Positions 46,820 to 49,417 of a DNA stretch of 49,417 nt are shown one piece after another; the first letter of the stretch is position 1, and each line of letters starts with the position of its first letter. Origin of the DNA: a virus (taxonomy: Duplodnaviria > Caudoviricetes); IMG/VR virus record IMGVR_UViG_3300036783_000105, positions 1 to 49,417 of that record; one strand, 5' to 3'. Under the pieces are notes generated by a model, which saw only the letters and a list, made by a program, of their open reading frames with translations, did no database searches and had not been told where the DNA came from. The translations under genes and the position numbers were made by a program.

Positions 46820-47142
46820 TGGTGAGTTCATTCCCATCCCCTGCGGATGACTACATCGAGCAAAGGCTGACTGTCACGGCGGCGTGCAATATTGGCGCTA
46901 ACAGTCGGGTTATAGAGACTGACCGGGGCTATGTCGTTCTCGATTTGTCGCTGAAAGTGAAGCAAAGAAGTGTCGTTCTGATACGTGTCGCCGGTGAACT
47001 TCAATTTGCCAAACTGATGGGGCGGTCGTTTATCACCGTTGAGGGGGAGAGTATCGAAGGAGAAGCGCTGGAGGATGTCGAAGTGCTCGGCGTTGCGACT
47101 CACGTTATTAACGATATGAGGAATGATGATAGTCCAGTTTGA
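46819..47142 (+). CDS. Degenerate UmuD'-like protein
   Basis: SFPSPADDYIEQRL start like cleaved UmuD'; no GDSM catalytic Ser; TAATG coupling. Confidence 0.75.
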   Translation: MVSSFPSPADDYIEQRLTVTAACNIGANSRVIETDRGYVVLDLSLKVKQRSVVLIRVAGELQFAKLMGRSFITVEGESIEGEALEDVEVLGVATHVINDMRNDDSPV

Positions 47143-47173
47143 TAAAAAATCAGCAGTACAAATGCTCATACGC

Positions 47174-47203
47174 CGTTCGAAATGATGTGCTAAATTGTTG
47201 ATT
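47174..47203. promoter_or_regulatory. attR arm: Int arm-type site and IHF site
   Basis: CGTTCGAAAT; reverse strand AATCAACAATTTA fits WATCAAN4TTR. Confidence 0.6.
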
Positions 47204-47313
47204 TGATTGTAGCGCAATGTTGTGTTTTATCGTGATTTGTAGCCTGTTTATTGTACAGGGAAAGCCTTTAAGATTTTGATAAAAAACGACATTTTTATTT
47301 TTGAGGTCTATTT

Positions 47314-47324
47314 ATGAAACAAAC
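47314..47324 (+). repeat. attR core
   Basis: ATGAAACAAAC = first 11 nt of pgl. Confidence 0.9.
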
Positions 47325-48309
47325 CGTTTATATCGCCAGCCCGGAAAGCCAGCAGATCCATGTATGGGATCTGGACCTTGAGGGGAAACTGACCCTGGTG
47401 CAGGTTGTTGATGCCCCGGGTCAGGTCCAGCCGATGGTGGTAAGTCCGGACAAAGAGTATCTCTACGTCGGCGTGCGTCCGGAGTTTCGCGTACTGGCTT
47501 ACCGCATTGCGCCCGATAATGGCGCCCTGACCTTTGCTGGCGAAGCCGCGCTGCCGGGAAGCCCAACGCATATTTCTACTGATCATCTGGGCCGCTTTGT
47601 CTTCAGCGCTTCCTATAACGCAGGCAGCGTGAGCGTGACGCCGCTGGTGGATGGTCTGCCACGAGAAGTGGTGGCAGTTGTCGAAGGGCTGGAAGGTTGC
47701 CACTCGGCAAACATTTCCCCGGATAACCGTACCCTGTGGGTTCCGGCGCTGAAGCAGGATCGTATCTGCCTGTTTACCCTGAGCGACGACGGTTTCCTTT
47801 CACAGCAGAAACCGACAGAAGTGGCTACCGTTGAAGGCGCTGGTCCGCGTCATATGGTTTTCCACCCGAACCAGCAATACGGCTACTGCGTGAATGAACT
47901 GAACAGCTCCGTTGACGTCTGGGAATTGAAAGATCCGCACGGCAAAATCGAGTGCGTACAGACCCTGGACATGATGCCGCCTGATTTCGTCGGCGTTCGC
48001 TGGGCAGCGGATATTCATCTGACCCCTGATGGCCGTCACCTCTACGCCTGCGATCGTACCGCCAGCGTTATCACCGTCTTCAGCGTTTCTGAAGACGGCA
48101 GCGTGCTCTCTATCGAAGGCTATCAGAATACTGAGACCCAGCCACGCGGTTTTAACCTCGATCATAGCGGTAAATATCTGATTGCAGCCGGTCAGAAATC
48201 GCATCACATCGCGGTGTATGAAATCGAAGGCGAGCAGGGGTTGTTACAGGAAAAAGGACGCTATGCTGTAGGTCAGGGGCCAATGTGGGTGGTGGTTAAC
48301 GCCTACTAA
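47314..48309 (+). CDS. pgl: 6-phosphogluconolactonase
   Basis: [18 protein letters not shown]... 331 aa, GPRH motif; YbhE/Pgl sequence. Confidence 0.97.
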   Translation: MKQTVYIASPESQQIHVWDLDLEGKLTLVQVVDAPGQVQPMVVSPDKEYLYVGVRPEFRVLAYRIAPDNGALTFAGEAALPGSPTHISTDHLGRFVFSASYNAGSVSVTPLVDGLPREVVAVVEGLEGCHSANISPDNRTLWVPALKQDRICLFTLSDDGFLSQQKPTEVATVEGAGPRHMVFHPNQQYGYCVNELNSSVDVWELKDPHGKIECVQTLDMMPPDFVGVRWAADIHLTPDGRHLYACDRTASVITVFSVSEDGSVLSIEGYQNTETQPRGFNLDHSGKYLIAAGQKSHHIAVYEIEGEQGLLQEKGRYAVGQGPMWVVVNAY

Positions 48310-48535
48310 ACCAATTGCTTACGGCTGAAAACCTCGCTGTGGCGCTGAGGGAGCCCCACAAACTCGGCGCTAATAAACCAGCGCCATACTCAGGTAGGTT
48401 CTTGCGAGGTGGTTAAGCATGGTTCTCAGCGCCGTTCGCCTTAAAATTAGCGGAGAGTGCCGTAAGACATTTTTCGCTAACGTTAGATACGAGATAACCC
48501 GCTTTGATTTAATGTTGTTAGCTTGATACCTCAAA

Positions 48536-48740
<205 letters not shown>

Positions 48741-49295
48741 CATGCTTTAATGAGTGGATGTTTTTCAGCTTTGATATCTGCGACCTCATGCCAGCATTCA
48801 CCTGTTTTATGTAACCTGAGCCACTTTAGTGATGAAGAGGGAGGAAAAGCAATGTCTGGCTAAATGGCTTTTGCTCATGTTTTGAGGCGGTAAGGTTAGA
48901 GAGTTTTTGGAGTCTAAATTGTTTGTAAGGCTCCATTTTCCAGGATTTTTCCACCTTAGGTAAATTCTTAGGTTAGGGGGAAGGTCGAGACTGAGTAGGT
49001 TAATAGATTTTTATGTCATTTTGTAAATAAAATTATTCATTTCATGGTTTTTTATACTATAAAATATTTTATTGTAAGTGAATAAAGTTACCTGGTTAAG
49101 CTCTTGATGAGTTGGAGATATTTTAACAATTTTTAGATAATCGGGATCCTTAAGACTTTTCCTGAAAAATAAATTTTATGATTCATGATTTTTTACTTCT
49201 ATGTATTTTAAAGTTTTTTTTATTTTCTATGTGGCGACGCATTACGATAATTCTACCTGTTTTTGGAGAGTGAGTATTAGATGATGAAACGCAAT

Positions 49296-49417
49296 CGGTA
49301 AGTGTCAACGAAGTTGTCACCCCTGACATGATTTATGCGGCCTGCTTTTCCCGCTCCGGGTTCAGCATGACCTCCGCTTTCCACTGCCAGTTCCGCGTAC
49401 CGCGCGACCAGCGTTCC
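49296..49417 (-). mobile_element. Right end of IS3-family element (transposase C-terminus plus terminal IR)
   Basis: 49416-49333 reads ERWSRGTRNWQWKAEVMLNPEREKQAA*; putative end CGGTAAGTGTCAACGAAGTTGTC. Confidence 0.7.

Larger units (their letters stand above)
210..47324. mobile_element. Complete lambdoid prophage (~47.1 kb) integrated at the pgl start codon
   Basis: Integrase at left end, full early/lysis/head/tail gene set, flanked by direct repeat ATGAAACAAAC; host ybhA and pgl on either side. Confidence 0.95.

Noticed and set aside
43953-47142. Diversity-generating retroelement or invertible tail-fibre system
   Set aside because: No reverse transcriptase, invertase, or TR/VR repeat pair seen
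47247-47274. Phage-supplied sigma70 promoter for pgl
   Set aside because: A TAAGAT -10 candidate exists but there is no convincing -35 at proper spacing

Overview
Almost the whole window is one apparently complete lambdoid (siphovirus-type) prophage of about 47.1 kb, from attL ~210-220 to attR ~47314-47324. It is integrated at the start codon of pgl (ybhE), between the divergent ybhA and pgl genes of an enterobacterium. Gene order: int/xis; leftward early operon (Kil-like gene, structured RNA); immunity region (repressor without a peptidase domain, Cro, CII-like); replication gene with iterons; mosaic Ea22/DUF551 region with a Dam-type methylase; holE; LexA-boxed dinI; Ref-like nuclease; MT-A70 methylase; Q; lysis cassette followed by an Acb2-like anti-CBASS protein; packaging, head and tail genes; a moron cluster before the tape measure gene (KilA-N, two lipoproteins, a c4-antisense-controlled Rha operon); an SGNH-esterase tailspike; and a terminal LexA-boxed operon with a degenerate UmuD'-like gene. 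Host DNA follows: pgl, an ERIC repeat with an internal insertion, and the end of an IS3-family element. The most notable items are a stand-alone proteasome-beta/HslV-like Ntn hydrolase inside the head-tail operon, the Acb2-like gene in the lysis operon, an unannotated candidate antirepressor after dinI, several structured RNAs, a frameshift-added capsid Ig domain, and phage replacement of the pgl RBS. All family assignments come from recognising motifs by eye; no database searches were run.
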